Shown here piece after piece: positions 9,125-19,373 of a DNA stretch of 64,000 nt; position 1 is the stretch's first letter; the number at the start of each line of letters is the position of its first letter. The stretch lies in contig JAGQHJ010000005.1 of the NCBI GenBank assembly GCA_020431915.1, positions 1,087-65,086 of the forward strand, read 5' to 3'. The notes below the pieces were generated by a model. That model worked only from the letters and a program-made list of their open reading frames with translations. It did not search any database and was not told the DNA's origin. Position numbers and translations under genes: made by a program. The stretch is from Cyanobacteria bacterium HKST-UBA04. GTDB taxonomy: Bacteria; Cyanobacteriota; Vampirovibrionia; Vampirovibrionales; JAGQHJ01.

Positions 9125-9519
9125 GAATCGTCAAGGTCCGCTGAAACGGGCCTTGATTCTTGACAGCCCTTGATTTAAATTAGTTAACCGCCTGTCTGAG
9201 CTGGGCAAGCCCAGTTGCCCCCGGTTTAGATCGGGCGATCTGTGTCCCCCACACCTTTTTCTGAGACCTGTGGAGAAGACCAAAAGCACCCAATAGCTTT
9301 AGTTTACGGGGTTGCTGTCCAGTTGTCTCAAGAGCGCAGAGCCATTTTTACCGCTAGTTAGTTTCTCTGTTGCTGATTTGCTTTCAACTTTCATCCAGAA
9401 CCATTCCCCTACCCCCGGCTCTTTACTGGCGTTGAGCCGTTGATTACAAAAAGTATAAAAACGCCCTTTGGCCCTACAGCCGCCCATGTTTTGATTAAGA
9501 AAGACGAAATCGATACGCC

Positions 9520-10218
9520 ATGTCTGACGCTCAACAAACCAAGCCATCCAATGCCAAGCAAACCGCCCTTGCCGGGGCCGTTGGCAAAAAATGCGGTATG
9601 ACCCAGGTCTTTTCCGAAGACGGCTCTGCCGTGTCGGTTACCGTGGTTGAACTGTACCCAATGACCGTCACCGGCGTGAAAACCGAAACCAAGCACGGCT
9701 ACAGTGCCGTGCAGGTGGGTTACAAAAATGCCAAGGAAAAGCACCTGACCAAAGCCCAGCAAGGGGTTTTGAAGAAGCAGAGCCTGGGTCTTTTCCGCAA
9801 GCTCAAGGAATTCCGGGTAGAGGCTGCCCAACTTCAAGGCTTTGAGGTTGGCGCAACCGCCAAGCCGGACTTTCTGACCCCCGGCAAGTCCATTAACGTG
9901 ACGGGCCGCAGTATTGGTAAAGGCTTCCAGGGCGGCACAAAGTTGCACAACTTTGCCCGTGGCCCGATGAGCCACGGTTCCAAATCCCACCGGATTCCCG
10001 GTTCGATTGGCCCCGGTACTACCCCTGGCCGGGTATACAAAGGCAAGCGCATGGCCGCCCACATGGGCGACGATCGCGTAACGGTGCAGAACCTGACCGT
10101 TTTTGACTACCTGGAAGACAAGAACATTCTCCTCGTCAGAGGGGCCGTGCCCGGTAAGCCCGGTGCCGATATCGTCATTGTGCCCCGTGTGCGGGTTGGC
10201 GAAAAAGCCCCCTCCTAA
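9520..10218 (+). CDS. rplC: 50S ribosomal protein L3 (uL3)
   Basis: GMTQVFSEDGSAVSVTVVE and FQGGTKLHNFARGPMSHGSKSHRIPGSIG motifs, plus operon position. Confidence 0.95.
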   Translation: MSDAQQTKPSNAKQTALAGAVGKKCGMTQVFSEDGSAVSVTVVELYPMTVTGVKTETKHGYSAVQVGYKNAKEKHLTKAQQGVLKKQSLGLFRKLKEFRVEAAQLQGFEVGATAKPDFLTPGKSINVTGRSIGKGFQGGTKLHNFARGPMSHGSKSHRIPGSIGPGTTPGRVYKGKRMAAHMGDDRVTVQNLTVFDYLEDKNILLVRGAVPGKPGADIVIVPRVRVGEKAPS

Positions 10219-10278
10219 AAACCCCTCTCGTTGATACGTTTCCCGATTAGATACCATAAGTTTAGGTGAACCAATCCC

Positions 10279-11031
10279 ATGACCGTTGAAGTCGACAAGC
10301 TAACCCCCCAAGGAAAAACCGCCGGCAAGGCCTCCCTGCCCGAGGACGTGTTTGGCGTGGCGCCGAATGTCCATCTGATGTACCTGGCTGCCAAGCGCGA
10401 GTTGGCTAACGGTCGTAGCGGCAGTGCCAACACCAAAACCCGTGCCGAAGTTCGCGGGGGCGGCAGAAAGCCCTGGCGCCAAAAAGGAACGGGTCGTGCC
10501 CGTGCCGGTTCTACCCGTAGCCCGTTATGGAAGGGCGGTGGGGTTATTTTTGGCCCCAAACCACGCAGCTTTGCCATTGACCTACCCAAGAAAATGCGTC
10601 GCCTGGCGTTGCGTTCGGCCCTGAGCGTGGCGGTGAGCGAAGGCAAGCTCAAGGCCATTGAGGACTTTAAGTTTATCTCCAAGCCCAGCACCAAGGACTT
10701 TGCCCAGTTCCTCAAGGATGCCGGGTTGGAAGGCAACCGTATCTTGATTTTGGCCGATACCAAGCAGGACGCCAACGCCCATATCGTCAAGGCTTCGCGC
10801 AACGTGCCCCGCAAAAAGGTAAGTCTGCCGCTTAACCTCAGTGTGCGCGATCTGATTCACGCCGACGTGGTGATTGCCACCGATGATGCCTTGAACCAGA
10901 TTGGCGAGGTCTTTAAACCCGACACGAAGTCGGCTAAAGCCCCGGCCAAGGCTGCTGCGGCTCCGGCCAAGAAAAAAGCCGAAGCGGCTGCCCAGCCCGC
11001 AGACAATAAGGAGCAAGCCGATGGCGAGTAA
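10279..11031 (+). CDS. rplD: 50S ribosomal protein L4 (uL4) with Ala/Lys/Pro-rich C-terminal extension
   Basis: RGGGRKPWRQKGTGRARAGSTRSPLWKGGGVIFGPKPR motif. The C-terminal ~45 aa (KPDTKSAKAPAKAAAAPAKKKAEAAAQPADNKEQADGE) is extra. Confidence 0.95.
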   Translation: MTVEVDKLTPQGKTAGKASLPEDVFGVAPNVHLMYLAAKRELANGRSGSANTKTRAEVRGGGRKPWRQKGTGRARAGSTRSPLWKGGGVIFGPKPRSFAIDLPKKMRRLALRSALSVAVSEGKLKAIEDFKFISKPSTKDFAQFLKDAGLEGNRILILADTKQDANAHIVKASRNVPRKKVSLPLNLSVRDLIHADVVIATDDALNQIGEVFKPDTKSAKAPAKAAAAPAKKKAEAAAQPADNKEQADGE

Positions 11032-11320
11032 CCGCAAATCTCTGTACGAATTGCTGCGTCGCCCGCTGGTTACCGAGAAGGCAACCGGGTTGTCGGCAGA
11101 AAACAAGTACGTGTTCGAGGTCGATACGGACGCCAACAAGATTGAGTTGCGCCAGGCCTTTGAAACCATTTACCCGGGCCGGAAGGTGCTGAGTGTGCAC
11201 ACCAGCAAGATTCCGGGTCAAACCAAGCGTTATGGCCGTAAAACCGGCTATGTTAATCCCAGTAAAAAAGCCGTCTTCACCATTGAAGGCGACCCCATTG
11301 AAATTTTCACAGGAGCCTAG
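11021..11320 (+). CDS. rplW: 50S ribosomal protein L23 (uL23)
   Basis: The ATG at 11021, in frame within ORF 10901..11320, gives MASNRKSLYELLRRPLVTEKA, a typical L23 start. It overlaps the rplD stop by 11 nt. Confidence 0.92.
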   Translation: MASNRKSLYELLRRPLVTEKATGLSAENKYVFEVDTDANKIELRQAFETIYPGRKVLSVHTSKIPGQTKRYGRKTGYVNPSKKAVFTIEGDPIEIFTGA

Positions 11321-11329
11321 TTGTGTCTT

Positions 11330-12163
11330 ATGGCGGTTAAGAAGCTAAAACCTACATCTCCCGGCCAACGCGGCATGTCCCGTATCACCTTTGACGAGGT
11401 GACCACGGAGACGCCCCATAAGCCCCTGCTTAAAAAAGTGGCCTACAAGGCTGGTCGCAACAACAATGGCCGTATTACGGTTCGTCACCGGGGTGGTCGC
11501 CACAAGCGCGCCTACCGTGTCATTGACTTCCGCCGCAACAAGTTTGCCATTCCGGCCAAGGTTGAGACCATCGAGTACGATCCCAACCGCAACGTCTTCA
11601 TTTCGCTGGTGTGCTATGCCGATGGCGAGCGCCGCTACATCCTCTGCCCGAACGGTTTGAAGGTTGGGCAGCAAGTGGTCAGCGGCCCGGATTCTGAAAT
11701 TAAGCTTGGTAACGCCCTGCCCCTGAAAAACATCCCCTTGGGTGCCGTGGTCCACAACATCGAGATGATTCCCGGTCGTGGCGGCCAGATGGCTCGAAGC
11801 GCCGGTACCAGTGCCCAGTTGCTGGCCAAGGAAAATGGCTATGCCACCCTGAAGCTGCCCAGTGGCGAAATGCGCATGGTGCCCGAGGCGTGCATGGCTA
11901 CCATTGGTACCCTGACCAACGCCGACCGCAAGAACACCAAGCTGGGTAAAGCTGGCCGTACCCGCTACAAAGGCTTCCGTCCCACGGTTCGTGGTTCGGT
12001 TATGAACCCCTGTGACCACCCTCACGGTGGTGGTGAAGGCAAGGCGCCTATTGGGCGTCCCGCCCCGGTTACCCCTTGGGGCAAGCCGGCTTTGGGTGCC
12101 AAAACCCGTAACCGCAAGAAACTCAGTAACAAGTACATTGTCCGCCGTCGCAAAAAACGGTAG
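11330..12163 (+). CDS. rplB: 50S ribosomal protein L2 (uL2)
   Basis: [15 protein letters not shown]... with [18 protein letters not shown] and HPHGGGEG motifs. The TTG at 11321 is an alternative start. Confidence 0.95.
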   Translation: MAVKKLKPTSPGQRGMSRITFDEVTTETPHKPLLKKVAYKAGRNNNGRITVRHRGGRHKRAYRVIDFRRNKFAIPAKVETIEYDPNRNVFISLVCYADGERRYILCPNGLKVGQQVVSGPDSEIKLGNALPLKNIPLGAVVHNIEMIPGRGGQMARSAGTSAQLLAKENGYATLKLPSGEMRMVPEACMATIGTLTNADRKNTKLGKAGRTRYKGFRPTVRGSVMNPCDHPHGGGEGKAPIGRPAPVTPWGKPALGAKTRNRKKLSNKYIVRRRKKR

Positions 12164-12192
12164 TAAAGACTCGATAGGATACCCCCCATTCC

Positions 12193-12471
12193 ATGGCACG
12201 TTCACTCAAAAAAGGTCCCTTTGTTGACGAACATCTGCTCGAAAAAATCGAGACGATGAACGAAAGTGGTGACAGAAAGGTCGTCAAGACCTGGTCGCGC
12301 CGCAGCATGATTATTCCCGACATGGTGGGCCACACCCTGGCCGTTCACAACGGCAACAAGCACGTGCCCGTGTACGTCACCGAGCAAATGGTCGGCCACA
12401 AGCTGGGCGAGTTTGCCCCCACCCGTTTCTTCCGGGGCCACGCCGGTAGCGACAAGACTGCCAAGCGCTAG
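12193..12471 (+). CDS. rpsS: 30S ribosomal protein S19 (uS19)
   Basis: [16 protein letters not shown]...[22 protein letters not shown], canonical S19. Confidence 0.95.
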   Translation: MARSLKKGPFVDEHLLEKIETMNESGDRKVVKTWSRRSMIIPDMVGHTLAVHNGNKHVPVYVTEQMVGHKLGEFAPTRFFRGHAGSDKTAKR

Positions 12472-12545
12472 GCGCGAGGCACCCCTCCCTTCAGAGAGAA
12501 ACGTTTTAACCTTCAAACCTAAAATTTCAGGAGATTCCCCTCATT

Positions 12546-12902
12546 ATGTCAGCCAAGGCACAATCCAGACAAAAGCACATCCGGATGTCCCATCGCAAGT
12601 TGCGGCGGGTGGCCAACGAGGTGCGTGGCAAATCGGTTGCTGATGCCGTGTACACCCTGCGCTTCATGCCCTACCGTGCGGCTGAGGTAATTTTAAAAAA
12701 CCTGCGCGCCGCCGTGGCGAATGCCGAAGTCAAGTTTGGCGATTCGGTGGATCTGAGCCAAATGAAGGTTAGCGCCATTATGGTTGATGAAGCCCAGGCA
12801 TATCGTCGCTTTAAGCCTCGTGCCCAGGGCCGCGTGTACAAAATCGAAAAGCCGACGGCTCACCTGATGGTGGAAGTGGCTCTGGCAGCTAAAGGAGAAT
12901 AA
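12546..12902 (+). CDS. rplV: 50S ribosomal protein L22 (uL22)
   Basis: [30 protein letters not shown]...[20 protein letters not shown], canonical L22. Confidence 0.95.
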   Translation: MSAKAQSRQKHIRMSHRKLRRVANEVRGKSVADAVYTLRFMPYRAAEVILKNLRAAVANAEVKFGDSVDLSQMKVSAIMVDEAQAYRRFKPRAQGRVYKIEKPTAHLMVEVALAAKGE

Positions 12903-12906
12903 CCCC

Positions 12907-13821
12907 ATGGGTCAGAAAGTCCATCCAAAAGCAGTTCGGCTCGGCGTCATCCAACGCTGGGACAGCCAGTGGATAGCCTTTGGCAAGGAATACGCCTACA
13001 ACGTGGCCGAAGACCACAAAATTCGTGCGTTCCTTAAAAAGAAACTGAAAAACGCCATGGTCAGCCGTATCGAGATCGATCGCAAGGCGGCCAAGCTGAT
13101 TGTGCGTATCGTCACGGGACGCCCTGGTGTAATCGTGGGCCGTGGCGGCTCCGGGCTCGACGTGCTTCGCACCAGCCTGAGCGAATTGCTGCAGCGCAAG
13201 GACATCCAGCTTGATGTGCTGGAAGTGGCTCGTATTGACCTGGATGCCCAACTGGTGGCTGAAAGTATTGCCCAGCAGCTCGAAAAACGGGTTGCCTTCC
13301 GCCGGGCCATGAAACAGGCCATGCAGCGCACGCTGCGCAGCGGCGCCAAGGGTATCAAGATTATGGTCAGTGGCCGTTTGGGCGGTGCCGAGATTGCCCG
13401 TACCGAATGGGCCAAGGATGGCCGTGTCCCGCTTCATACCTTCCGTGCCGACATTGACTACGGCTTTGCCGAAGCGATGACCGTCTTCGGTATCATCGGT
13501 GTGAAAACCTGGGTGTTCAAGGGCGAGATTTTGCCCGGCGATGTGCGTGACAACAACGTCAAAACCCGTCGTCAGCCTACCGAAGGGGCCGCTGGTCCTG
13601 TTGGTGGTGGTCCCGGTGGCGGTGGTCCCGGTGGCGATCGCCAGCCTGGTGGTCGCGGCAAGCGTCGTAGCGCCGGCGGTGGCCGTCGTAGCGGGGCTGT
13701 AACCACCAAGAAGGTGGAAGATGTCACCGATGTGTCCGGCGCAACCCAAGCCGCCGAAGCGGCACCTGCACAGCCCCAGGCCGCTGCAGCACCCGAAACC
13801 AAGCCTGCAGAGGAGAGCTAG
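12907..13821 (+). CDS. rpsC: 30S ribosomal protein S3 (uS3) with ~85-aa Gly/Arg/Pro- then Ala/Gln/Glu-rich C-terminal extension
   Basis: The [14 protein letters not shown] start and KH-domain core are canonical. The tail [31 protein letters not shown]...[23 protein letters not shown] is extra. Confidence 0.95.
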   Translation: MGQKVHPKAVRLGVIQRWDSQWIAFGKEYAYNVAEDHKIRAFLKKKLKNAMVSRIEIDRKAAKLIVRIVTGRPGVIVGRGGSGLDVLRTSLSELLQRKDIQLDVLEVARIDLDAQLVAESIAQQLEKRVAFRRAMKQAMQRTLRSGAKGIKIMVSGRLGGAEIARTEWAKDGRVPLHTFRADIDYGFAEAMTVFGIIGVKTWVFKGEILPGDVRDNNVKTRRQPTEGAAGPVGGGPGGGGPGGDRQPGGRGKRRSAGGGRRSGAVTTKKVEDVTDVSGATQAAEAAPAQPQAAAAPETKPAEES

Positions 13822-13827
13822 CCCGTC

Positions 13828-14259
13828 ATGTTGATGCCGAAACGAACCAAATACCGTAAACAAATGCGGGGCCGGATGAAGGGCACGGAAACCCGTGGCA
13901 CCACCTTGCACTTTGGCGAATACGGCCTGCAGTGCCTGGAGCCGGAATGGATTACGAGCCGTCAGATTGAAGCCGCCCGACGGGCCATGACCCGTAGCGT
14001 AAAGCGGGGTGGTAAAATCTGGATTCGTATTTTCCCCGACAAGGTCATTACCCAAAAGCCTGCCGAAACCCGGATGGGTAAGGGTAAAGGGAACCCCGAG
14101 TACTGGGTGGCCCTGGTCAAGCCTGGCCGGATGATGTTTGAGATGACCGGTGTTAACCGCGAAGCGGCCACCGTGGCGCTTGAGCTGGCTGCCCAAAAGC
14201 TGCCGGTTAAGACCCGCATTGTTATTAAAGAAGACGTACTGGGGGCCGACCTCGTATGA
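13828..14259 (+). CDS. rplP: 50S ribosomal protein L16 (uL16)
   Basis: [19 protein letters not shown], canonical L16. Confidence 0.95.
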   Translation: MLMPKRTKYRKQMRGRMKGTETRGTTLHFGEYGLQCLEPEWITSRQIEAARRAMTRSVKRGGKIWIRIFPDKVITQKPAETRMGKGKGNPEYWVALVKPGRMMFEMTGVNREAATVALELAAQKLPVKTRIVIKEDVLGADLV

Positions 14260-14483
14260 AGAAGTTTTCCGAATTAGCCGGGCTGAGCAACGACGAGCTG
14301 GTTAAACAGCGCGACGAAGCCTACAAGGCCCTTTATGAAGCCCGTTTCAAACGTGCCGTTCACCAGCTTAACGACACGTCTGTATTTCGCCGCAACAAGC
14401 ACCTGATTGCCCAGGTTGAGACGGTGTTGTCTCGCCGGCAGCAGGAAGCCGTTGCCGCTGCCCAACCACAGGAGTCCCACTAA
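14256..14483 (+). CDS. rpmC: 50S ribosomal protein L29 (uL29)
   Basis: 75 aa with the L29 helical pattern ([23 protein letters not shown]). It has a 4-nt ATGA overlap with rplP and sits at the expected operon position. Confidence 0.9.
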   Translation: MKKFSELAGLSNDELVKQRDEAYKALYEARFKRAVHQLNDTSVFRRNKHLIAQVETVLSRRQQEAVAAAQPQESH

Positions 14484-14485
14484 CC

Positions 14486-14737
14486 ATGCCCCGTAAAGAA
14501 CGTACCGGTGTTGTTGTTTCCGACAAAATGAGCAAATGCCGCGTGGTCCTTATTGAAGACCGCGTACAACACCCGCTGTACAAAAAGGTGCAGGTGCACT
14601 CCAAGCGATACAAGGTTAGCGACCCCGAAGAGCGCAGCCACGTTGGCGACCTCGTTCGGATCCAGGAAAGTAGACCGTTGAGCAAGCACATTCGCTGGGT
14701 GTTGCTCGACATCATTAAGCAGAGCGAAGAGGTTTAA
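14486..14737 (+). CDS. rpsQ: 30S ribosomal protein S17 (uS17)
   Basis: [34 protein letters not shown], canonical S17. Confidence 0.93.
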   Translation: MPRKERTGVVVSDKMSKCRVVLIEDRVQHPLYKKVQVHSKRYKVSDPEERSHVGDLVRIQESRPLSKHIRWVLLDIIKQSEEV

Positions 14738-14748
14738 GTAAAGCCGCC

Positions 14749-15111
14749 ATGATTCAACAGGAATCCCGCCTTACCGTAGCCGACAACAGCGGCGCCCAGG
14801 AAATCCTTTGTATCCGTGTTTTGAACAAGGGTACGACGGCCAACATTGGCGACATTTTTGTCGGCGTGGTTAAAAAGGCCCAGCCCAACGGCGTGGTCAA
14901 GAAGTCCGAAATCGTGAAATGTGTGGTGGTGCGCACCAAGTTTGGCAAGCGCCGCCGCGACGGAACCACCATTCGCTTCAGTGATAACGCCTGTGTGGTG
15001 ATTAACAATGACAACAACCCGCGCGGTACCCGTGTTTTTGGCCCGGTTGCCCGCGAGTTGCGTGAAAAGAACTTTATGAAGATTATCTCGCTGGCCCCCG
15101 AGGTGCTTTAA
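14749..15111 (+). CDS. rplN: 50S ribosomal protein L14 (uL14)
   Basis: [25 protein letters not shown], canonical L14. Confidence 0.95.
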   Translation: MIQQESRLTVADNSGAQEILCIRVLNKGTTANIGDIFVGVVKKAQPNGVVKKSEIVKCVVVRTKFGKRRRDGTTIRFSDNACVVINNDNNPRGTRVFGPVARELREKNFMKIISLAPEVL

Positions 15112-15161
15112 TCCCAAAGCCCCCCGCTTGTGCGCCGGTATTATCAGGAGACCCCGTAACG

Positions 15162-15533
15162 ATGCTAGGTTTACGCAAAAACAAGAAAAAAGCCCCCTTG
15201 ACCCTCCCCAACCGTTTTCACGTGAAAATGGGCGATACGGTATGGGTAACCCATGGCAAGGACAAGGGCAAAACCGGTATCGTGCGTAAAACGTTCCATG
15301 ACCGCGGCAAGGTGTTGGTCGAGGGCATTAACCTCATCAAGAAGGCCGTGCGCCCCAACCCCATGGCCGGCCAGCAAGGCGGTATTGTCGAAATGGAAGC
15401 CCCCATGCCCGTGGCCAAGGTAATGTTGTTCTGCCTGCAGTGCAACAAGCCGACCCGTGTCAAGAAAACCACGCTGGGAGACGGCAAGAAGGTCCGGGTG
15501 TGCCAGAAGTGCAGCGCCCAGTTCGACAGCTAG
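15162..15533 (+). CDS. rplX: 50S ribosomal protein L24 (uL24), variant with CxxC...CxxC C-terminal module
   Basis: KOW motif ([18 protein letters not shown]). The C-terminus contains CLQC-x19-CQKC. Confidence 0.9.
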   Translation: MLGLRKNKKKAPLTLPNRFHVKMGDTVWVTHGKDKGKTGIVRKTFHDRGKVLVEGINLIKKAVRPNPMAGQQGGIVEMEAPMPVAKVMLFCLQCNKPTRVKKTTLGDGKKVRVCQKCSAQFDS

Positions 15534-15564
15534 TTTCCCCCCAACCAAAAGAGACCTCCCACCC

Positions 15565-16143
15565 ATGAGCAAGACTTTACGTGAAACCTACCGCGACGAA
15601 CTGGTCGCCCAGTTGATGAAAGAACTGGACCTAAAAAATGTCCACCAGGTACCCCGCCTGGAAAAAATCGTGATCAACGTTGGGCTTGGCGAAGCCATCC
15701 AGAACTCCAAGGCCCTGGAAGCCGGTACGAACGACCTGCAATTAATTACGGGCCAAAAACCCCTGATTACCCGTGCCCGGAAATCCGTGGCCGGTTTCAA
15801 GATTCGTGACGGCATGGCCATTGGGGCCAAGGTTACCCTGCGCGGCGATCGTATGTACGATTTCATGGCCAAGCTGGTCAATATCGTCATGCCGCGTATT
15901 CGCGACTTTCGCGGTATGAACCCCAACGCCTTCGATGGCCGGGGCAACTACAACATTGGCCTGAAAGATCAGCTGGTGTTTCCTGAGATTGACTACGACA
16001 AGATTGACCGGGTGCGTGGTATGAACATTACCATTTGCACGACGGCCGACACCGATGCCAAGGCTTTGGCCATGCTCAAGGCGTTTGGTATTCCCTTCAA
16101 GGATAATAAAAAACCGGAAAAAGAAACGACGAGTGCCGCCTAA
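15565..16143 (+). CDS. rplE: 50S ribosomal protein L5 (uL5)
   Basis: The ATG at 15565 within ORF 15457..16143 gives [44 protein letters not shown], canonical L5. Confidence 0.95.
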   Translation: MSKTLRETYRDELVAQLMKELDLKNVHQVPRLEKIVINVGLGEAIQNSKALEAGTNDLQLITGQKPLITRARKSVAGFKIRDGMAIGAKVTLRGDRMYDFMAKLVNIVMPRIRDFRGMNPNAFDGRGNYNIGLKDQLVFPEIDYDKIDRVRGMNITICTTADTDAKALAMLKAFGIPFKDNKKPEKETTSAA

Positions 16144-16190
16144 GCCGAAGCGGCGTGACGAGAAAATGACCCAGATACTGGAGGTTTATT

Positions 16191-16397
16191 TTGGCTAAGA
16201 CATCAATGGTGGATAAAGAGGCGAAACGGCGCCGTAAGGTCTCCCGCGGCAAGTTAAGCAAGGTCAAGCTGCGCAACCGTTGCAGTATTTGTGGCCGTCC
16301 GCGCGCCTACTACCGGTTTTTTGGTACTTGCCGCCTCTGCCTGCGCAAGCTGGCCCACGAAGGTAAACTGCCTGGCGTTTTGAAAGCCAGCTGGTAA
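16191..16397 (+). CDS. rpsN: 30S ribosomal protein S14 type Z (zinc-binding uS14)
   Basis: The TTG start has GGAGG 7 nt upstream. The sequence is [14 protein letters not shown]...[38 protein letters not shown] with CxxC...CxxC. It is a few residues longer than the usual 61 aa. Confidence 0.9.
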   Translation: MAKTSMVDKEAKRRRKVSRGKLSKVKLRNRCSICGRPRAYYRFFGTCRLCLRKLAHEGKLPGVLKASW

Positions 16398-16421
16398 CGA
16401 TTTAAAAGGACGATTAACAGT

Positions 16422-16823
16422 ATGAACACGGATCCCATTGCTGACTTATTGACCCGCATTCGCAACGCCCTGCTGGCGGGGCATCGCCATGTGGAAATTC
16501 CGCACTCCAAGATGAAAGAGCGGATTGTAGCCGTGCTCAAGGAAGAAGGCTACATCCAGAGCTACGAGCTCAAGCAGAACGAAGGCCAGCCGTTCAAGGT
16601 GATGCGCCTGATTCTCAAGTACGACAAAGCCGGTTACCCGGTTATCCGCAAGTTGACACGGGTCAGCACACCGGGCCGTCGTTACTACCGCAAGGCCATC
16701 AAGCTTCCCCGCGTGCTCAGTGGTGCCGGTGTGGCCATCCTGTCTACCAGCAAAGGCGTCATTGCCGACCGCCATGCCCGTCGCCAGCAGGTTGGCGGCG
16801 AAGTGCTGTGCTTTGTGGAATAG
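16422..16823 (+). CDS. rpsH: 30S ribosomal protein S8 (uS8)
   Basis: MNTDPIADLLTRIRNALLAGH, canonical S8. Confidence 0.95.
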   Translation: MNTDPIADLLTRIRNALLAGHRHVEIPHSKMKERIVAVLKEEGYIQSYELKQNEGQPFKVMRLILKYDKAGYPVIRKLTRVSTPGRRYYRKAIKLPRVLSGAGVAILSTSKGVIADRHARRQQVGGEVLCFVE

Positions 16824-16881
16824 GCTTCAGTGCCGGTTTCAGTGATTCAGATTTACAACAGACTTTAGGAACCCCAGACCC

Positions 16882-17418
16882 ATGTCCCGTATTGGAAAAG
16901 CGCCCATCGACATCCCCGACAAGGTGGAAGTTACCATCAATGGCCAAACCGTAACGGTTAAAGGCCCCAAGGGTGAGCTCACCCACACGTTCGAACCGGA
17001 AGTGACCGTCGTGCAGGAAGACAAGCAACTGCTGGTCAAGCGCCACAACGATGAACGCCGCAGCCGGGCCATGCATGGCCTGAGCCGCTCGCTGCTGTTC
17101 AACATGGTGCATGGCTGCTCGCAGGGCTTCGAAAAACGCCTGGAGATGGTCGGTGTTGGTTACCGGGCCGCCAAGAAAGGCGATGCCCTGGAACTGTTGG
17201 TCGGGTATTCGCACCCGGTCGTCGTGGAGCCTCCGCCCGGCATCGAGCTGAACGTGGAAGCCAACACCAAGCTGTCCGTTTCCGGGGCCGACAAGGAGCT
17301 GGTGGGCCAGGTGGCCGCCAACATCCGTGGCTACCGCAAACCGGAGCCCTACAAGGGCAAGGGCATCAAGTACGAAGGCGAATACATCCGCCGCAAGGCC
17401 GGTAAAACCGGTAAATAA
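16882..17418 (+). CDS. rplF: 50S ribosomal protein L6 (uL6)
   Basis: [33 protein letters not shown], canonical L6. Confidence 0.95.
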   Translation: MSRIGKAPIDIPDKVEVTINGQTVTVKGPKGELTHTFEPEVTVVQEDKQLLVKRHNDERRSRAMHGLSRSLLFNMVHGCSQGFEKRLEMVGVGYRAAKKGDALELLVGYSHPVVVEPPPGIELNVEANTKLSVSGADKELVGQVAANIRGYRKPEPYKGKGIKYEGEYIRRKAGKTGK

Positions 17419-17463
17419 CCTTTTAACCGACTTTTTAGAAATCATAGGAATTGGATTTGACCC

Positions 17464-17826
17464 ATGGCCAACAAGATGACTCGAAAAGATGCCACACGTA
17501 AACGCCATCGCCGCGTTCGTGGCAAGCTTTCCGGCACCACCGAGCGCCCCCGTCTGGCGGTTTACCGAAGCCTCAAGCACATCAGTGCCCAGGTAATTGA
17601 CGATGTGACCCACAAGACCCTGGCCTCGGCCAGCTCGACGGAAAAAGGCATGAGCCTCAAGCACGGGGGCAACATTGATGCCGCCCAGGCGATTGGCAAA
17701 GCCATTGGCGAGCGGGCCAAGAAGGCCGGCGTGGCGACGGTTGTCTTTGACCGTGGCGGTAACCTTTACCATGGCCGCATCAAGGCCCTGGCCGATGCTG
17801 CCCGCGAAACCGGCCTGACGTTTTAA
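17464..17826 (+). CDS. rplR: 50S ribosomal protein L18 (uL18)
   Basis: [35 protein letters not shown]...[26 protein letters not shown], canonical L18. Confidence 0.95.
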   Translation: MANKMTRKDATRKRHRRVRGKLSGTTERPRLAVYRSLKHISAQVIDDVTHKTLASASSTEKGMSLKHGGNIDAAQAIGKAIGERAKKAGVATVVFDRGGNLYHGRIKALADAARETGLTF

Positions 17827-17871
17827 GGCTACCCTTTCTTTCTCTCAAGAAGGCTCAATTTTTTTGATTTT

Positions 17872-17911
17872 AAAGCCCCCGCGTTGTCGTTTGTAACGAT
17901 GCGGGGGCTTT
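17872..17911 (+). terminator. GC-rich hairpin downstream of rplR (putative operon terminator, no U-tail)
   Basis: AAAGCCCCCGC...GCGGGGGCTTT forms an 11-bp perfect stem with an 18-nt loop. A T-run lies upstream of the stem rather than downstream, so this is not a canonical intrinsic terminator. Confidence 0.45.
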
Positions 17912-18076
17912 AAGCCATTACTGGACAATGACGGGTACCAGCGAGGGGTGTTCATTTACGAGCTCCGCGCTTTGGCCTAAGCAACAGCCAAACAGCGTGG
18001 GCCTGCCCTCTTGTGAAAACCATCTGCCTGTGGCACGGTATTGCTAAGTATAGCAAGCATTTGGAGTCCGACCGAG

Positions 18077-19159
18077 ATGACCACCTACAACATAGCCGTC
18101 CTGCCCGGTGACGGTATTGGCCCCGAGATTGTTGAGCAGGGGGTCAAGGTACTAAAGGCTGTCGAGAAAGACTATGACGTGACCTTTGAGCTGGCCTATG
18201 CCGACATTGGTGGTGCGGCGTTGGAAAACGGCCAGGACCCGTTGCCCGAAGCAACCCTGAAGTTGGCCCTGGCGGCCGATGCCGTGTACCTGGGTGCCGT
18301 GGGCGACTACAAGTGGGATACCATCGAGCCGGAACGCCGGCCCGAACAGGGGCTGCTGCAAATTCGCAAGGCCCTGGGCCTGTATGCCAACCTGCGGCCC
18401 GTCAAGGCCTACAAACCCCTGCTGCACGGTTCGACGCTCAAGCCCGAGGTCATTGATGGCATCGACATCATGGTGGTGCGCGAGCTGACCGGTGGCCTGT
18501 ACTTTGGCCAGCCCCGCGAACGGGGCAAGGATCGTGCCCTGGATACCATGCTGTATACCCGCCCCGAAGTCGAACGAATTGCCCACCGGGCCTTCCAGTT
18601 GGCATCGGGTCGAAGCAAGCAGCTGTGCAGTGTCGACAAGGCCAACGTACTGGCCAGCTCGCAGTTGTGGCGCGAGGTGGTCCAAGACGTGGCCAAGCAG
18701 TACCCCGACGTGGAGCTGTGGCACATGTACGTCGACAACGCCGCGATGCAGCTGATCCGCAACCCCAAGCAGTTTGACGTGATGCTGACGGAAAACACCT
18801 TTGGCGACATCCTCTCGGACGAAGCGAGCATGTTGACCGGCTCGCTGGGCATGCTGGCCAGTGCCAGCCTGGGCGAGGGCAAACACGCCATGTACGAACC
18901 CAGCCATGGCAGCGCCCCCAAGTATAAGGGCCAGGACAAGGTAAACCCCATTGCCACCATTATGAGCGTGGCTTTGATGCTGCGCTACAGTTGCAACCTG
19001 CCCGAGGCGGCCGATCGTGTGGACCAGGCCGTGGCCGATGCCCTGCAGGCCGGCCACCGCACCTACGACATTGCCGAAGAAGGAGCCGCCATTATCGGTA
19101 CGTCGGCGATGGGCGATGCCGTGGCCCAGGCCTTCCTCAAAACGAAAGCCACTGTCTAA
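18077..19159 (+). CDS. leuB: 3-isopropylmalate dehydrogenase
   Basis: The ATG at 18077 gives [19 protein letters not shown]. It also has [11 protein letters not shown] and [21 protein letters not shown] motifs. Confidence 0.93.
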   Translation: MTTYNIAVLPGDGIGPEIVEQGVKVLKAVEKDYDVTFELAYADIGGAALENGQDPLPEATLKLALAADAVYLGAVGDYKWDTIEPERRPEQGLLQIRKALGLYANLRPVKAYKPLLHGSTLKPEVIDGIDIMVVRELTGGLYFGQPRERGKDRALDTMLYTRPEVERIAHRAFQLASGRSKQLCSVDKANVLASSQLWREVVQDVAKQYPDVELWHMYVDNAAMQLIRNPKQFDVMLTENTFGDILSDEASMLTGSLGMLASASLGEGKHAMYEPSHGSAPKYKGQDKVNPIATIMSVALMLRYSCNLPEAADRVDQAVADALQAGHRTYDIAEEGAAIIGTSAMGDAVAQAFLKTKATV

Positions 19160-19296
19160 CGGGTTAAAAGCCGTTTAAAAACCAGAAGGCCAACCCTGGA
19201 GCAACGGCGGGTTGGCACAACTGGCAAACTTGTTCAATTGTTTTGGGCGTCTGTCTGTCCTGAATGAAGGACATGCGCACGGGGTATAGAGCGTGA

Positions 19297-19308
19297 GTGT
19301 GTGTGTGT
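19297..19308. repeat. (GT)6 microsatellite
   Basis: gagtgtgtgtgtgtgtcg, read directly. It lies between the convergent leuB and the 19374..19766 gene. Confidence 0.9.
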
Positions 19309-19373
19309 CGGGTTAGGAACAGGGTAAAACAGGTGTTTTGCGTTTACCGTCCTGGGGCGGTAAAGAGAGACGG

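Noticed and set aside
9299-9547. 82-aa minus-strand ORF between rpsJ and rplC
   Set aside because: It overlaps the rplC start, has no RBS or recognisable motif, and lies in the operon leader.
12889-14196. 435-aa minus-strand ORF across rpsC-rplP (similar cases: 7410..8510 opposite tuf, 16759..17772 opposite rplF/rplR, 24340..25410 opposite the SBP)
   Set aside because: All are antisense to canonical conserved genes and have no motifs. They are shadow ORFs.
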